Part shown: positions 35,030 to 44,478 of the stretch, one piece after another
Layout: every line of letters begins with the position of its first letter
Numbering within the stretch: the stretch's first letter is position 1
Source of the DNA: Patescibacteria group bacterium
Lineage (GTDB): Bacteria; Patescibacteriota; Minisyncoccia; Minisyncoccales; Staskawiczbacteraceae
Reading direction: 5' to 3'
NCBI GenBank assembly: GCA_038065715.1
Contig: JBBTQL010000006.1
Coordinates: forward strand, 2,127-66,126
Length of the DNA stretch: 64,000 bases
The notes under the pieces: model-generated
Told to the model about the DNA's origin: nothing
Seen by the model: only the letters and a program-made list of their open reading frames with translations
The model's database searches: none
Position numbers and translations under genes: made by a program

Positions 35030-37108
35030 GTGACAAAAATAAATTCGTTTTATTTCGTTTTTTTTGGATTAATTTTTTTATTAGTCATTTTTGGTTTACG
35101 AGCGAATATAAATCCATCTATAATTACAGTTTTAGCGCAAAATTCTAGCAGCGGCGGAGGTGTATGTCAAACTGATAGTAATTGCGCATACCCAAACGTT
35201 TGTATTGCAAATATTTGCCAGCCCCCGAGCAGCAGTAGCAGTGGTTCCAGTGGCGGGACAACATGCAACGCTATTGACCCCGGCGCGAATTGCACGCCCG
35301 ATTTGCCTATCAGTGTAAATTTTTGTATGACCACTAAATCTATTGGAGAGCGGCTAAACACAGCATCTTGTATTGATAATGAATGTTTAAAGGGGACTAC
35401 TGTAACAAAGATTTCAGATTGTCCGCTTCCGGAGTTGATAGAAAAATATTGTGGGCCTAATAATACTATTAAGGAAAGGAAAAGAGTTTGGTATTGCCGG
35501 GAAAATCAGCCGGTGGGTTCGGGCGTTGTTGGACCGGCATGCGTGCCAGGAACTCAAAATAGCACAGTAGGCAACTGCGGTCCATGCCGGCCAGGAGCCG
35601 CGCGGTGCGCAGGTAGTCCGCCTCAATCAAGCATAGAAGTTCAAATGAATTGTCCTGTTTGCAAGGTCACGGGGTTAAATGCGGCGTGCGTTGATAACCC
35701 TGCTGGCTGGGTAAAAGTTACAGATTGTCCTTTTCAACAAGATATAATTTTGCCTCCAATGGGTTGTACAAATGGTGTTGAATGCAGTGTTGTGATACGT
35801 TTTTCTGGTGAATGCTTTGAGGTTTTCGGCGTTCCTGGTTGTAAAAGTCCTGAAGTTGGTGTTGTTTGTACTCCCTGCGAAGGCGGCGGCGGCGGCAGTT
35901 CAAGCTCAAGTTCCAGTTCCAGTTCAAGTTCCAGTAGTAGCAGTTCTAGCTCAAGTTCAAGCGGCGGCGGTCCTTGCATTGAAGGTAGTCATTCTGAATG
36001 TATAGGCAATCAATGTGTTTGCGTAAATGGTACCGGAATTAGCGCCTGTTTTTATGCTGGTTCTTATTGTTCAGGGTCTGGCAGTAGTTCAAGCAGTTCT
36101 AGTTCAAGTTCCAGCTCCAGCTCCAGCTCCAGTTCAAGCTCTAGCTCCAATGGCGGCGGTATCGTTTGCATATTAAATGGCAAAGGAGTGCCTAATGGAA
36201 CTACTAAATCTTGTTTTTGCGGCGGCGTTACCCCTTGCGTTAATGGCGTGTGGGCTCCTTGTTCGGGTTCTCATTCTTCTTGTGATGGCGGCCAATGTAA
36301 ATGTGTTTCTGGTCCAGGTAATGACCTCTGCGCAAATAATAATATTTGTACAGAAAATGATTATCCGTATGCAGATAATCTACAGGCTTTTACAGGCAGT
36401 TATTGCACGGGAATTCCGGGCACTGAAATGGCTATTTTTAGATGGAATTACGAGCACACGGCTAACATAGGAGAGATAAAATTTCAGTTTCAAGTAGACG
36501 ACAATTCTAATTTTTTATCGCCTGAAGTTGACAGAGTTTATGATAATCTTAATTATCGGGCAGGAGACTTAAATGAGCAAATGGTGCTTGTGCAAATAGA
36601 TCCTTCGCTTCATTATTGCGATGTTAATAATTTATCTAATCCGTATCCTAATAACCAATGCGACCACATTAATTTTAATACTGGCTATTATTGGCGGGTA
36701 AAAGTGTGGGCAAAAGATTATACTCCTTCTGAATGGAAAAATGCTGAGCAAATATTTACATACGGGTATGCCCATGCTTGTCCAAATCCCGACTATTATT
36801 TTAATCCAGATCCTCCGCTTATAAACAATTTAACTACTCTTGTAGATACTTCTACTTGTTATACCTCTACTGGATCTTATCCTTGCAACACGAGCCCAAT
36901 TGTTTCGTATACTTGGGATTGCGCAGACGGTTCTGCTAAAAAATATACCAAAGGAAATATCTCCTGTACTTATACTACTCAATGTTCTCATTATTCTAAC
37001 TTAAAAGTTTGTGATGAAACAGGAGGCTGCGGTTATGTTTCTAAAAACGTTTTTATTTCTCCTTGTTCAAATAATTTACCAGGCAATAAAGAAATTTCTC
37101 CATTTTAA
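35030..37108 (+). CDS. Secreted cysteine-rich protein with two poly-serine linkers and a C-terminal PKD-like domain
   Basis: GTG start. N-terminal TM/signal. Many Cys-rich modules. Two runs of 22 Ser flanked by Gly. C-terminal YTWDCADGS...CTYT...YSNLKVCDETGGCG (PKD-like). Confidence 0.7.
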   Translation: MTKINSFYFVFFGLIFLLVIFGLRANINPSIITVLAQNSSSGGGVCQTDSNCAYPNVCIANICQPPSSSSSGSSGGTTCNAIDPGANCTPDLPISVNFCMTTKSIGERLNTASCIDNECLKGTTVTKISDCPLPELIEKYCGPNNTIKERKRVWYCRENQPVGSGVVGPACVPGTQNSTVGNCGPCRPGAARCAGSPPQSSIEVQMNCPVCKVTGLNAACVDNPAGWVKVTDCPFQQDIILPPMGCTNGVECSVVIRFSGECFEVFGVPGCKSPEVGVVCTPCEGGGGGSSSSSSSSSSSSSSSSSSSSSSGGGPCIEGSHSECIGNQCVCVNGTGISACFYAGSYCSGSGSSSSSSSSSSSSSSSSSSSSSSNGGGIVCILNGKGVPNGTTKSCFCGGVTPCVNGVWAPCSGSHSSCDGGQCKCVSGPGNDLCANNNICTENDYPYADNLQAFTGSYCTGIPGTEMAIFRWNYEHTANIGEIKFQFQVDDNSNFLSPEVDRVYDNLNYRAGDLNEQMVLVQIDPSLHYCDVNNLSNPYPNNQCDHINFNTGYYWRVKVWAKDYTPSEWKNAEQIFTYGYAHACPNPDYYFNPDPPLINNLTTLVDTSTCYTSTGSYPCNTSPIVSYTWDCADGSAKKYTKGNISCTYTTQCSHYSNLKVCDETGGCGYVSKNVFISPCSNNLPGNKEISPF
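35897..35962 (+). repeat. Poly-serine coding tract 1 (22 mixed AGY/TCN codons)
   Basis: agttcaagctcaagttccagttccagttcaagttcc... Confidence 0.9.
36083..36148 (+). repeat. Poly-serine coding tract 2 (22 codons)
   Basis: agtagttcaagcagttctagttcaagttccagctccagctcc... Confidence 0.9.
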
Positions 37109-38151
37109 TAAACGCCGGGGATAAACATATACTTTGTTTTTTTCATATATTCAACATAAGCCTCGTCTTTGATTAAATGCCTTTCTTCGGTTAAAGCTCT
37201 TAAGAAATAAATAAAAGTCCATACAGCTAAGCTTAAAATTGCCACAAAACCATATGTTTTTATAAATGGAATGCCCATAATCCACCAGCTTAAATTTTTT
37301 GAAATGTAGGCTGGATGCCTAACATATTTATAGGGGCCGCCAGAAACAATTCCTCTGTTCGTTAAATTAGAAGCCTTAAATCCCAAAGCAATGGAAGCCC
37401 AGCAATAAATGGCAAACGCCAAAAGAGAAAATGCTCCGGCTATAATGTTTATGTTTATGTTTCCAAAATCATTAAAATCAGAAGAATACCATCCTAAAAA
37501 TCTTCCTGTTAAATCGTTAAACGGCGGGTAGCACATAAGAGTCACCATCCATCCTAAAGCAGTGGGCTCTACTGATTTTACTGTATTTTTTAAAAAAGAA
37601 GACTCAAAAAGATATCCAAACGCGAATATCGCTGTGTCTATCATTAAAATTAAATAAAAAATAAGATAAAAATAAGAGCCTAAAATATTTGCTTTTGTGA
37701 ATTCAAATGAATTTGAATTAGATAGAAATTGGATAAGAGATCTGGTGTTGTTTATTAAAAAATTTATCATTATTGGCGTAAAAAATATTTTTACAAAATA
37801 AAAAAGAACAGACACTTTTTCTGCTTTAGATATTGCTAAGTCTTTTTTTATTTTATCTATAAAAACGAAACTAAATATTTTTTTTAATCCAGAATATACA
37901 AGATAAACCCTTTCTTCTTCAATTGAAATATCATCTCTTATAAACAAATAAGCGCAGTAAAGCAAAAGCAAATCAAAAATAATTCCAGTTGGAGAAAATA
38001 AAATTTTTCCATTAAATAAAAAGTTGAAAATAGGGGATTCAAAATCGCCGAAAAAGCCTTTTGAAAACGGCAGAATAGACAAAATAAAAATCGGCAAACC
38101 GTAAATCAGCAAAGTTAGCGCTATAAGTTTTGTTTTTGGCTTTATATCCAT
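37105..38151 (-). CDS. Multi-pass membrane protein with a C-terminal ICMT/PEMT-like methyltransferase domain
   Basis: GPYKYVRHPAYISKNLSWW ... LTEERHLIKDEAYVEY. Confidence 0.6.
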   Translation of the reverse strand: MDIKPKTKLIALTLLIYGLPIFILSILPFSKGFFGDFESPIFNFLFNGKILFSPTGIIFDLLLLYCAYLFIRDDISIEEERVYLVYSGLKKIFSFVFIDKIKKDLAISKAEKVSVLFYFVKIFFTPIMINFLINNTRSLIQFLSNSNSFEFTKANILGSYFYLIFYLILMIDTAIFAFGYLFESSFLKNTVKSVEPTALGWMVTLMCYPPFNDLTGRFLGWYSSDFNDFGNININIIAGAFSLLAFAIYCWASIALGFKASNLTNRGIVSGGPYKYVRHPAYISKNLSWWIMGIPFIKTYGFVAILSLAVWTFIYFLRALTEERHLIKDEAYVEYMKKTKYMFIPGVY

Positions 38152-38178
38152 TGTTTTTGTTTTTAAATTTTTAATATT

Positions 38179-38889
38179 TTATTTTATAATTTTATTAAAT
38201 AATTGCCTTTTATACAAGCTTAGCACAGAAACAGCCATTTCTAAACTGTCGTGAAAAATTTTAATTTTTGAACCCGGAATTTCTTTCCACTCTAATCCAA
38301 CTTCTTTTATTTTTAAATTTAAATTTTTAGCCAGCCACAAAATTTCAATATCAAAAGCAAAACGTTCAATTTTCTGCATTTCAAAAATTTTTTTGGCGCA
38401 GTCTTTTCTAAAAAGCTTAGCTCCGCAGGAAGCATCTTTTATTTTTGGCAGAAGAGGCCAGCAAAAAATATGAAAACATATTCCTACTATGTGGCGCATA
38501 AAAGATATTTTTGCTTTTGCTCCTTTTGCGGTTCTTGAGCCAATTACTATATCTGCATTTTTTATTTGTAAAAGAAGTTTATTGATTTCAAGTGGCGCCA
38601 CTGCGCCGTCAGCGTCATATATAAAAATCAAATCGCCTAGCGCTTTTTTTACCCCGTTTTTTACTGCATATCCCTTTCCCCGGTTAGGAATTACCTTTAT
38701 TATTTTTATCGGCAGCTGATTTTTAAAAGATTCGGCGACTTCTTCAGTTTTATCTTCTGAACCGTCGTCAACAATTATTATTTCAACAACTTTATAGCCT
38801 GGATTTAAAAAATTTTGCCATTTTGATAAGGTTTTTGAAAGCCTTTTTTCTTCGTTGTAAGCTGGTATTATTATTGAAATAGTTTCCAT
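38179..38889 (-). CDS. Family 2 glycosyltransferase (polyprenol-phosphate sugar synthase-like, Dpm1/Ppm1-like)
   Basis: IIIPAYNEE, IIVDDGSEDKT, DADG. Confidence 0.8.
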   Translation of the reverse strand: METISIIIPAYNEEKRLSKTLSKWQNFLNPGYKVVEIIIVDDGSEDKTEEVAESFKNQLPIKIIKVIPNRGKGYAVKNGVKKALGDLIFIYDADGAVAPLEINKLLLQIKNADIVIGSRTAKGAKAKISFMRHIVGICFHIFCWPLLPKIKDASCGAKLFRKDCAKKIFEMQKIERFAFDIEILWLAKNLNLKIKEVGLEWKEIPGSKIKIFHDSLEMAVSVLSLYKRQLFNKIIK

Positions 38890-40157
38890 ATTTTTTTAAT
38901 TAAAGCGCTGGCGGCTGGAATAGATAAAATTATTAATAACGGAGCATAAGGCATAAGGTAGCGTTCTTCGCCAATGTTTTGCAAATAAACGGTAAGCGGA
39001 ACAGAAAAAATAATTAAAGCCATAAAGTAAAAATATTTTTTGTCAGACTCGTTAATTTTAAGGCGCTTGCCAGAGAGCCCGATGGTTGTTAAAATACTGA
39101 AAATAAATAATAATCCAGTTAAAAGCTTGAATATAAGGCGGAAAGTTTCCCAGCCTGCTATGTTTCCAATAGTTGGAAAAAGATGGCTGTGAAATAATTT
39201 TATTATAGAAGAAAAATTATTTATTAGTTGCTGGGGATGGTTTTTTAAGCAATTAAGCCCTATTTGATAATAATATTTTTGGTTTTCAAAGGGAACTGCG
39301 GTAAAAATTCTGCTATTTTCAGGATAATCAATATTGGCTGGAGGACCAAATCCAAAACTGTATCCATTGTTTGAAAATTGAAGCGATTTTGCATCGCACC
39401 ACAGCATTGCAAATCCAACGCCCCCGTTTGAAGAAATAGATTTTTCAGCTCCGTTTGTGTAATAAAAATTAAAAAGAGCCATAGATGCAACTATAGCTGC
39501 TGCTGTCAAGGTAAAAGTTATCAATAACCGCCAATTAATTTTATAATATAATCCCCAAAGCAAAAAAAGAGGCAAAACTAATGCAAAAATAGGACGGGTC
39601 AAAAAAGCAAGGCCAAAAAATAATCCTATCCATAGCCCGGTTGATGAATTTTGTGGCTTTGTTATTAAAAAATAAAGGCCGAGAAAAAGCAATGGAAAAA
39701 ATAAATTTTCACTCATTACTAAATAATTTAAGTAAATGAGAGGATACCATAAAATTAAAAGCGCCAAAACAATTAAAGCTGTTTTTTGAGACTTGCCTGC
39801 AGGGGCAGGAAACAGCTTTTTTACGATTTGATAAACGCACCAAAAACCAACCATTGCCAGCAACGCCGAAATTACAACATAAATTTCAATTCGCCAATTT
39901 TCCAAGCCAAGCCATATAAGCGGCCGGTAAATAAGGCTTAGCCAAATATGATAAAACGGAGGCCAATATGTTGAAAACATCATGTGTATTCCTTTTGCCA
40001 TTTGCAAGGCCCGCAGGTCATAGGCACCTGGGTCAGACCAAAGATAAAGTTTTGGAGTTGTAAAAATAAAAATATAAAATAAGCGCAGTACAAAACCGAG
40101 CATTAACATAGCATACAACAAAATATCATTTTTTATGGCAAGAAAAAGTTTTCTCAT
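38871..40157 (-). CDS. GT-C fold membrane glycosyltransferase (ArnT/PMT, GT39-like)
   Basis: About 11 predicted TM helices. First loop carries an acidic motif (LWSDPGAYD). Overlaps the downstream GT2 gene. Confidence 0.65.
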   Translation of the reverse strand: MRKLFLAIKNDILLYAMLMLGFVLRLFYIFIFTTPKLYLWSDPGAYDLRALQMAKGIHMMFSTYWPPFYHIWLSLIYRPLIWLGLENWRIEIYVVISALLAMVGFWCVYQIVKKLFPAPAGKSQKTALIVLALLILWYPLIYLNYLVMSENLFFPLLFLGLYFLITKPQNSSTGLWIGLFFGLAFLTRPIFALVLPLFLLWGLYYKINWRLLITFTLTAAAIVASMALFNFYYTNGAEKSISSNGGVGFAMLWCDAKSLQFSNNGYSFGFGPPANIDYPENSRIFTAVPFENQKYYYQIGLNCLKNHPQQLINNFSSIIKLFHSHLFPTIGNIAGWETFRLIFKLLTGLLFIFSILTTIGLSGKRLKINESDKKYFYFMALIIFSVPLTVYLQNIGEERYLMPYAPLLIILSIPAASALIKKIWKLFQ

Positions 40158-40269
40158 TCTTATAATTATACATTTTGTATTAAGTATTGCAAAATAATAA
40201 ATTATCTGTTATATTAAAAAATACCTTAGTATTAAAAATTAAAAATTAGAAATTAAAAATTTCGTTGAT

Positions 40270-40554
40270 ATGGCAGTTCCAAGACATAGGCACACAAAAG
40301 GCAAAAGAAACAAAGTTCGGATGCATTTATATATAAAGCCGGCTGTTTTAACTGTTTGTCCAAAATGCAAAAAACCGGTTAGGCCGCATACAATTTGTAA
40401 GAATTGCGGTTTTTATAAAGGAAAAAAAATTATTGATGTTTTAAAAAATCTTACAAGAAAAAATAAAAAAGCAAAAGAAAAAGAAATAAAGGCTGCCGAA
40501 AAACAGGAAAAACAAGAAAAGCCGATAACAATGGAAGAACTTTCAAAGAAATAG
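40270..40554 (+). CDS. rpmF: 50S ribosomal protein L32 with a Lys-rich C-terminal extension
   Basis: [23 protein letters not shown]...CKNC zinc ribbon. Confidence 0.85.
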   Translation: MAVPRHRHTKGKRNKVRMHLYIKPAVLTVCPKCKKPVRPHTICKNCGFYKGKKIIDVLKNLTRKNKKAKEKEIKAAEKQEKQEKPITMEELSKK

Positions 40555-40556
40555 AA

Positions 40557-41000
40557 ATGGCATCAAGACATTTATCACGTTCAATTGTAATGCAAAGTTT
40601 GTACGAATGGGATTTTTACGGTAAAAAAGATAATGCTTTGAATGGCATAGTTGAAAGAAATTTGGAAGATTTTGGACCTGGGTTGGAGGATAAAAAATTT
40701 GTTTGGGAATTAATTGCCGGAGTTGAAAAGCATTTAAAAGAAATTGATAAAATTATTGAAAAAGCGGCGCCAGAATGGCCAATTTCCCAAATACCAATTA
40801 TTGACAGAAATGTTTTAAGGATTGGGCTTTTTGAGCTTTTATATTCAAACAAAGACGAAGTTCCTCCAAAGGTTGCCATAAACGAAGCAATTGAATTGGC
40901 AAAAACCTTTTCAGGGCCGATTTCAGGAAAATTTATTAACGGAGTTTTAGGCACAGTTTATAAGCAAATATCCGACAGCAGCCCCGAAGGGGCAGCTTGA
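40557..41000 (+). CDS. nusB: Transcription antitermination factor NusB
   Basis: [14 protein letters not shown]...[14 protein letters not shown]...INEAIELAK. The C-terminal codons lie in a GCCCCGAAGGGGC hairpin. Confidence 0.9.
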   Translation: MASRHLSRSIVMQSLYEWDFYGKKDNALNGIVERNLEDFGPGLEDKKFVWELIAGVEKHLKEIDKIIEKAAPEWPISQIPIIDRNVLRIGLFELLYSNKDEVPPKVAINEAIELAKTFSGPISGKFINGVLGTVYKQISDSSPEGAA

Positions 41001-41004
41001 CGGA

Positions 41005-41036
41005 CCCGTCAAAATGCGCGGAGCGCTTTTGTCGGG
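41005..41036 (-). repeat. Palindromic element family 1, copy 3, at the nusB-rnc junction
   Basis: cccgtcaaaatgcgcggagcgcttttgtcggg is the reverse complement of the gyrB copies. It contains the ATG at 41014 listed by the ORF track. Confidence 0.85.
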
Positions 41037-41049
41037 GAACAAAAAAACA

Positions 41050-41739
41050 ATGACAAAAAATTTTGAAAAACTTGAAAAAAAATTGGGATTGAAATTTAAA
41101 AACAAAGACCTTTTAACCCAAGCATTCGTGCACAGGTCTTATTTGAATGAAAATCCGAGTTTTCATTTAAACAACAACGAAAGGCTTGAATTTTTAGGGG
41201 ACGCTGTTTTAGAATTAGTTGTTACAGACCACCTTTACAGAGATTATCCAGAAAAATCAGAGGGCGATTTAACAAATTGGCGGGCGGCATTAGTAAATGC
41301 TAAAATGCTCACCAAGGTTGCAGAAGAATTAGGTTTTAACGATTTTTTATTGTTGTCACGAGGCGAAACAAAAGAATTAGGCAAAGCAAGGCAGTATATT
41401 TTAGCCAATTCTTTTGAAGCGTTAATTGGTTCTATTTATTTGGATTCAGGATACGAACCTGCCGATAAATTTATTAAAAAATATTTAATGGTAAATTTGC
41501 CAAATATTATAAAAAATCAGCTTTATAAAGATTCAAAATCGCAACTTCAAGAAGAGGCGCAGGAAAAAGAGGGGATAACGCCAACTTATAAAGTGGTAAA
41601 AGAATGGGGTCCAGATCACTCTAAAAAATTTATAGTCGGAGTTTTTTTGGGAGAGAATAAAGTGGCAGAAGGAGAAGGCTCTTCAAAACAGGAGGCAGAA
41701 GAAAGCGCGGCAAAAAATGCTTTAGTAATTAAAAAATAA
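41050..41739 (+). CDS. rnc: Ribonuclease III
   Basis: ERLEFLGDAVLELVV signature. C-terminal dsRBD. An alternative start at 41014 lies inside the repeat. Confidence 0.9.
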   Translation: MTKNFEKLEKKLGLKFKNKDLLTQAFVHRSYLNENPSFHLNNNERLEFLGDAVLELVVTDHLYRDYPEKSEGDLTNWRAALVNAKMLTKVAEELGFNDFLLLSRGETKELGKARQYILANSFEALIGSIYLDSGYEPADKFIKKYLMVNLPNIIKNQLYKDSKSQLQEEAQEKEGITPTYKVVKEWGPDHSKKFIVGVFLGENKVAEGEGSSKQEAEESAAKNALVIKK

Positions 41740-41761
41740 AAATATAAAAAACTAAAAATAA

Positions 41762-42235
41762 ATGCTTACAATTCGTTTATCAAGAAAAGGCAAAAAGAAT
41801 CAGCCATTTTTTAGGGTGGTTGTTATAGATAAAAGAAGATCGACAAAAGGAGGAAGGTCGGTTGAAGATTTGGGTTACGTTAATCCTTTAACTAAAAAAA
41901 TATCTTTAAATAAAGAAAGAATTCAGTATTGGCTAAAAACCGGCGCCCAGCCATCGGACACAATTCACAATTTGCTTGTAAAAGAAAAAGTTATAGACGC
42001 AAAAAAAATTCACGTTTCAAAATTAAGCAAAAAAAAGCAAGCAGAAATACTCGCCCGCAATAATGTAGCAGCTTTAGGCGGGGATAAAGAAAATGCAGCT
42101 AAAGTTCAGGCAGCCGCCTCGTCCGCTGACGAGGCGAGCCTCGCCCCCGAAGGGGCGGGAAGCAATCCAGAAGAAGTCGCGAAAGAAGAGTCAAAACCAA
42201 CAGAGGAAGTCGCAGGGGAAGAAGTTAAAGCATAA
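41762..42235 (+). CDS. rpsP: 30S ribosomal protein S16 with a C-terminal extension
   Basis: MLTIRLSRKGKKNQPFFRVVV. Confidence 0.9.
   Translation: MLTIRLSRKGKKNQPFFRVVVIDKRRSTKGGRSVEDLGYVNPLTKKISLNKERIQYWLKTGAQPSDTIHNLLVKEKVIDAKKIHVSKLSKKKQAEILARNNVAALGGDKENAAKVQAAASSADEASLAPEGAGSNPEEVAKEESKPTEEVAGEEVKA
42113..42160. repeat. GC-rich double hairpin in the rpsP C-terminal extension
   Basis: CCTCGTC cgct GACGAGG and CGCCCC cgaa GGGGCG, encoding AASSADEASLAPEGAG. Confidence 0.7.
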
Positions 42236-42255
42236 TATATTAAAAAACAGTCTAA

Positions 42256-42281
42256 AATTCGCCTCAAAAAGCGGATTTTTG
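42256..42281 (+). terminator. Putative terminator after rpsP
   Basis: AATTCGC / GCGGATT stem running into TTTTT. Confidence 0.45.
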
Positions 42282-42298
42282 GTTTAAACAGCGTGCTA

Positions 42299-42326
42299 TT
42301 GACAAGCTTTTTAATAGTGGTATAAT
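42299..42326 (+). promoter_or_regulatory. Sigma70-type promoter TTGACA-N16-TGgTATAAT (extended -10)
   Basis: ttgaca agctttttaatagtgg tataat, followed by TAATATATAG. About 200-nt leader before the ATG at 42536. Confidence 0.55.
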
Positions 42327-42535
42327 TAATATATAGGGTAAATTAAGGCGTTTGGGAGGTCTCTTCTTCATAATCGGTTTCTTGGCTTTTGCTGAGGAAT
42401 TCGGGCAATGAAGTTTTGTGAAAAGGCTCAATAGTCTTTCAAAAAAAACAAGGAGAGATCCCCCAAGCATCTTAGCTTGAAAGGTGCGCGTTCGCCTTTA
42501 ATGAACGCATTTGGCAAATTCTGAAGGAGAAAGTC

Positions 42536-42913
42536 ATGAAAGGTCACCAGGATTCTATGGGATGTTATTTGGTAGTATGTGTTTTAACGGCGATGATTCT
42601 CATATTTTGTATCCTTTTCCTCGGCTTGCGTCGAGAAAAGTTTTTACAGGAGGAGAACGAGAAACTCGTGCAACAGTTAGGGCAGGCTAAGGCCGAAGCA
42701 AAGGACAACATTGGAAAACCGATCACCATTCACAATTTGCCCGATGGTAATTACCTTCGGGCAGAAAATGGGCAGTATGCCTTTGTGCAGATGAACGTGG
42801 ACTATCCGGTCGGCCCTAAGGGACCGCACATTGCAGTTTACTACGAAGAAGATGTGCCTGGAGCACTTAGGGTTAATAAAGGCTCCGTGCAACCCATGGA
42901 AACTCCTAGGTGA
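42536..42913 (+). CDS. Hypothetical small membrane-anchored protein (GC-richer cassette)
   Basis: GGAGAAAG Shine-Dalgarno. N-terminal TM helix (CYLVVCVLTAMILIFCILFLGL). Interrupts the canonical rpsP-KH-trmD operon. Confidence 0.5.
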   Translation: MKGHQDSMGCYLVVCVLTAMILIFCILFLGLRREKFLQEENEKLVQQLGQAKAEAKDNIGKPITIHNLPDGNYLRAENGQYAFVQMNVDYPVGPKGPHIAVYYEEDVPGALRVNKGSVQPMETPR

Positions 42914-42928
42914 AGTTCATGGCCTATT

Positions 42929-42974
42929 GGGAAACAGGCCAAGCGATAAATTTCGCAGTTTCCCCTTTTTTTTC
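42929..42974 (+). terminator. Intrinsic terminator
   Basis: GGGAAAC ... GTTTCCC followed by CTTTTTTTT. Confidence 0.6.
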
Positions 42975-43139
42975 AAATCATTAGTTGAATAACAGAAAAT
43001 TGTCTGATTTCTCAGAAGTAATAAATTTCTTTAGTGGTTTGAAAAAAGGGGAGAGTATAAAAATAAAATTTGACATCTACTGATAAAGGAGTAAAATAAA
43101 AAATAAAGGTCGCAGAACGATTATAGATTTAATGACAGA

Positions 43140-43167
43140 CCCGCCTTCGCATAAAGCTACGGCGGGG
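43140..43167. repeat. GC-rich hairpin in the 5' leader of the KH-domain gene
   Basis: cccgcc ttcgcataaagctac ggcgggg. Confidence 0.6.
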
Positions 43168-43174
43168 CAAAGCA

Positions 43175-43489
43175 ATGACAAAAGAAAACGACAAAGAGTT
43201 TCTTGAGTACATTGTCAAAGAGTTAGTTGATAACCCAAAAGACGTCAAAGTTGAGAGAAAAGTTGACGAAATGGGAGTTTTACTTTCTTTGAAAGTAAAT
43301 CCTGAAGATATGGGCCAAATAATCGGCCGCGAAGGATCAACTGCCAAGGCAATAAGAAATTTAGTCCGAATTGTCGGATTAAAAAATCACGCCAGAGTGA
43401 ACCTCAAAATTGAGGAACCAGAAGGCGGACGCGCTCCAAGAACTGAGAAAAAAGAACTCTCAGAAGATATAGACAATATCAGTTTGTAA
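43175..43489 (+). CDS. KH-domain RNA-binding protein (YlqC/UPF0109-like)
   Basis: GQIIGREGSTAKAIRNLV. Canonical position between rpsP and trmD. Confidence 0.8.
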   Translation: MTKENDKEFLEYIVKELVDNPKDVKVERKVDEMGVLLSLKVNPEDMGQIIGREGSTAKAIRNLVRIVGLKNHARVNLKIEEPEGGRAPRTEKKELSEDIDNISL

Positions 43490-43651
43490 TTTGTAGATTT
43501 TACATATTACCGAAGGCGGTGCTATCATACAGGTAGTACCGTTTTCGTTTTATGTGCCGCTGATTTATACGGATTTTAGCGGATTTATGCGGAAAAATTA
43601 TCAGTATAAATTAGTTAAAATCTGCATTAATCCGTGATTTGCGAAGCAAAT

Positions 43652-44359
43652 ATGAAGTTTGATGTAATTACAATTTTTCCGGAAATTTTTAAGTCCTATT
43701 TGGGCGAGAGTTTAATTGCAAGGGCGCAGAAAAAAAAATTGATAAAAATAAATGTTCATAATTTGCGGAAATGGGGAAAGGGCCCTCATAAACAGGTTGA
43801 TGACAGGCCATTTGGCGGAGGCTTGGGAATGGTTATGCAGGTAGAGCCAATTTATAAAGCTGTAAAAAAAATAAAAAAGCGAGGAAAGACTAAAATAATT
43901 TTGTTTACGCCAAGAGGCAAAAAATTTAACCAAAAACTTGCTTTTCAGTTTTCAAAGTTAGACCAGATAATTTTTATTTGCGGTAGATATGAAGGAGTTG
44001 ACGAAAGAGTGGCAAAAAATATTGCAGACGTTGAGCTATCAATTGGAGATTATGATTTAATGGGAGGGGAGCTTCCGGCAATGGTGGCAATAGAAACAAT
44101 TTCAAGATTAATACCCGGAGTTTTAGGAAAGCCACAATTGTTGGAAGAAAGAGTTACAAAAAAAGGCGGATTTTTAGAATATGCTCAATACACCCGCCCG
44201 GAAATTTTTAATGTTGGTAAATACGAAAAAAGAGGGAGGGCTTGCCCGCCTAAATCTTCTAACAAGAAGTTTTGGCGGGTTCCAAAATTATTGCTTTCTG
44301 GCGACCACAAAAAAATAGAAGAGTGGAAAAAATCCCACTCTAAAGAAATTTTATCTTAA
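43652..44359 (+). CDS. trmD: tRNA (guanine37-N1)-methyltransferase
   Basis: MKFDVITIFPEIF...GRYEGVDERV...GDYDLMGGELPAM...LLSGDHKKIEEW. The ATG at 43652 is preferred over 43634. Confidence 0.9.
   Translation: MKFDVITIFPEIFKSYLGESLIARAQKKKLIKINVHNLRKWGKGPHKQVDDRPFGGGLGMVMQVEPIYKAVKKIKKRGKTKIILFTPRGKKFNQKLAFQFSKLDQIIFICGRYEGVDERVAKNIADVELSIGDYDLMGGELPAMVAIETISRLIPGVLGKPQLLEERVTKKGGFLEYAQYTRPEIFNVGKYEKRGRACPPKSSNKKFWRVPKLLLSGDHKKIEEWKKSHSKEILS
44245..44279. repeat. GC-stemmed hairpin, in frame in trmD
   Basis: cccgcc taaatcttctaacaagaagtttt ggcggg, within an apparent insertion of about 19 aa before VPKLLLSG. Confidence 0.65.
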
Positions 44360-44387
44360 ACTTTACAACAATTTTTTACAACAAATT

Positions 44388-44415
44388 GCCCTTTCAAAAG
44401 GGCTATTTGTTTTTA
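44388..44415 (+). terminator. Putative terminator after trmD
   Basis: GCCCTT tcaa AAGGGC followed by a T-rich tract. Confidence 0.5.
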
Positions 44416-44478
44416 AATTTTAAAACTTGCAATTATTATTTTTTTAGATTAAGATAGGGTATAATTAATTATAAAAAC

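Noticed and set aside
35734-36005. Antisense and alternate-frame ORFs over the poly-Ser tracts (the LELELELE and AAAAVQAQVPVPVQ ORFs)
   Set aside because: These are translation artefacts of the AGY/TCN serine repeat on the opposite strand or in another frame. The sense-frame protein has a signal peptide and domain structure.
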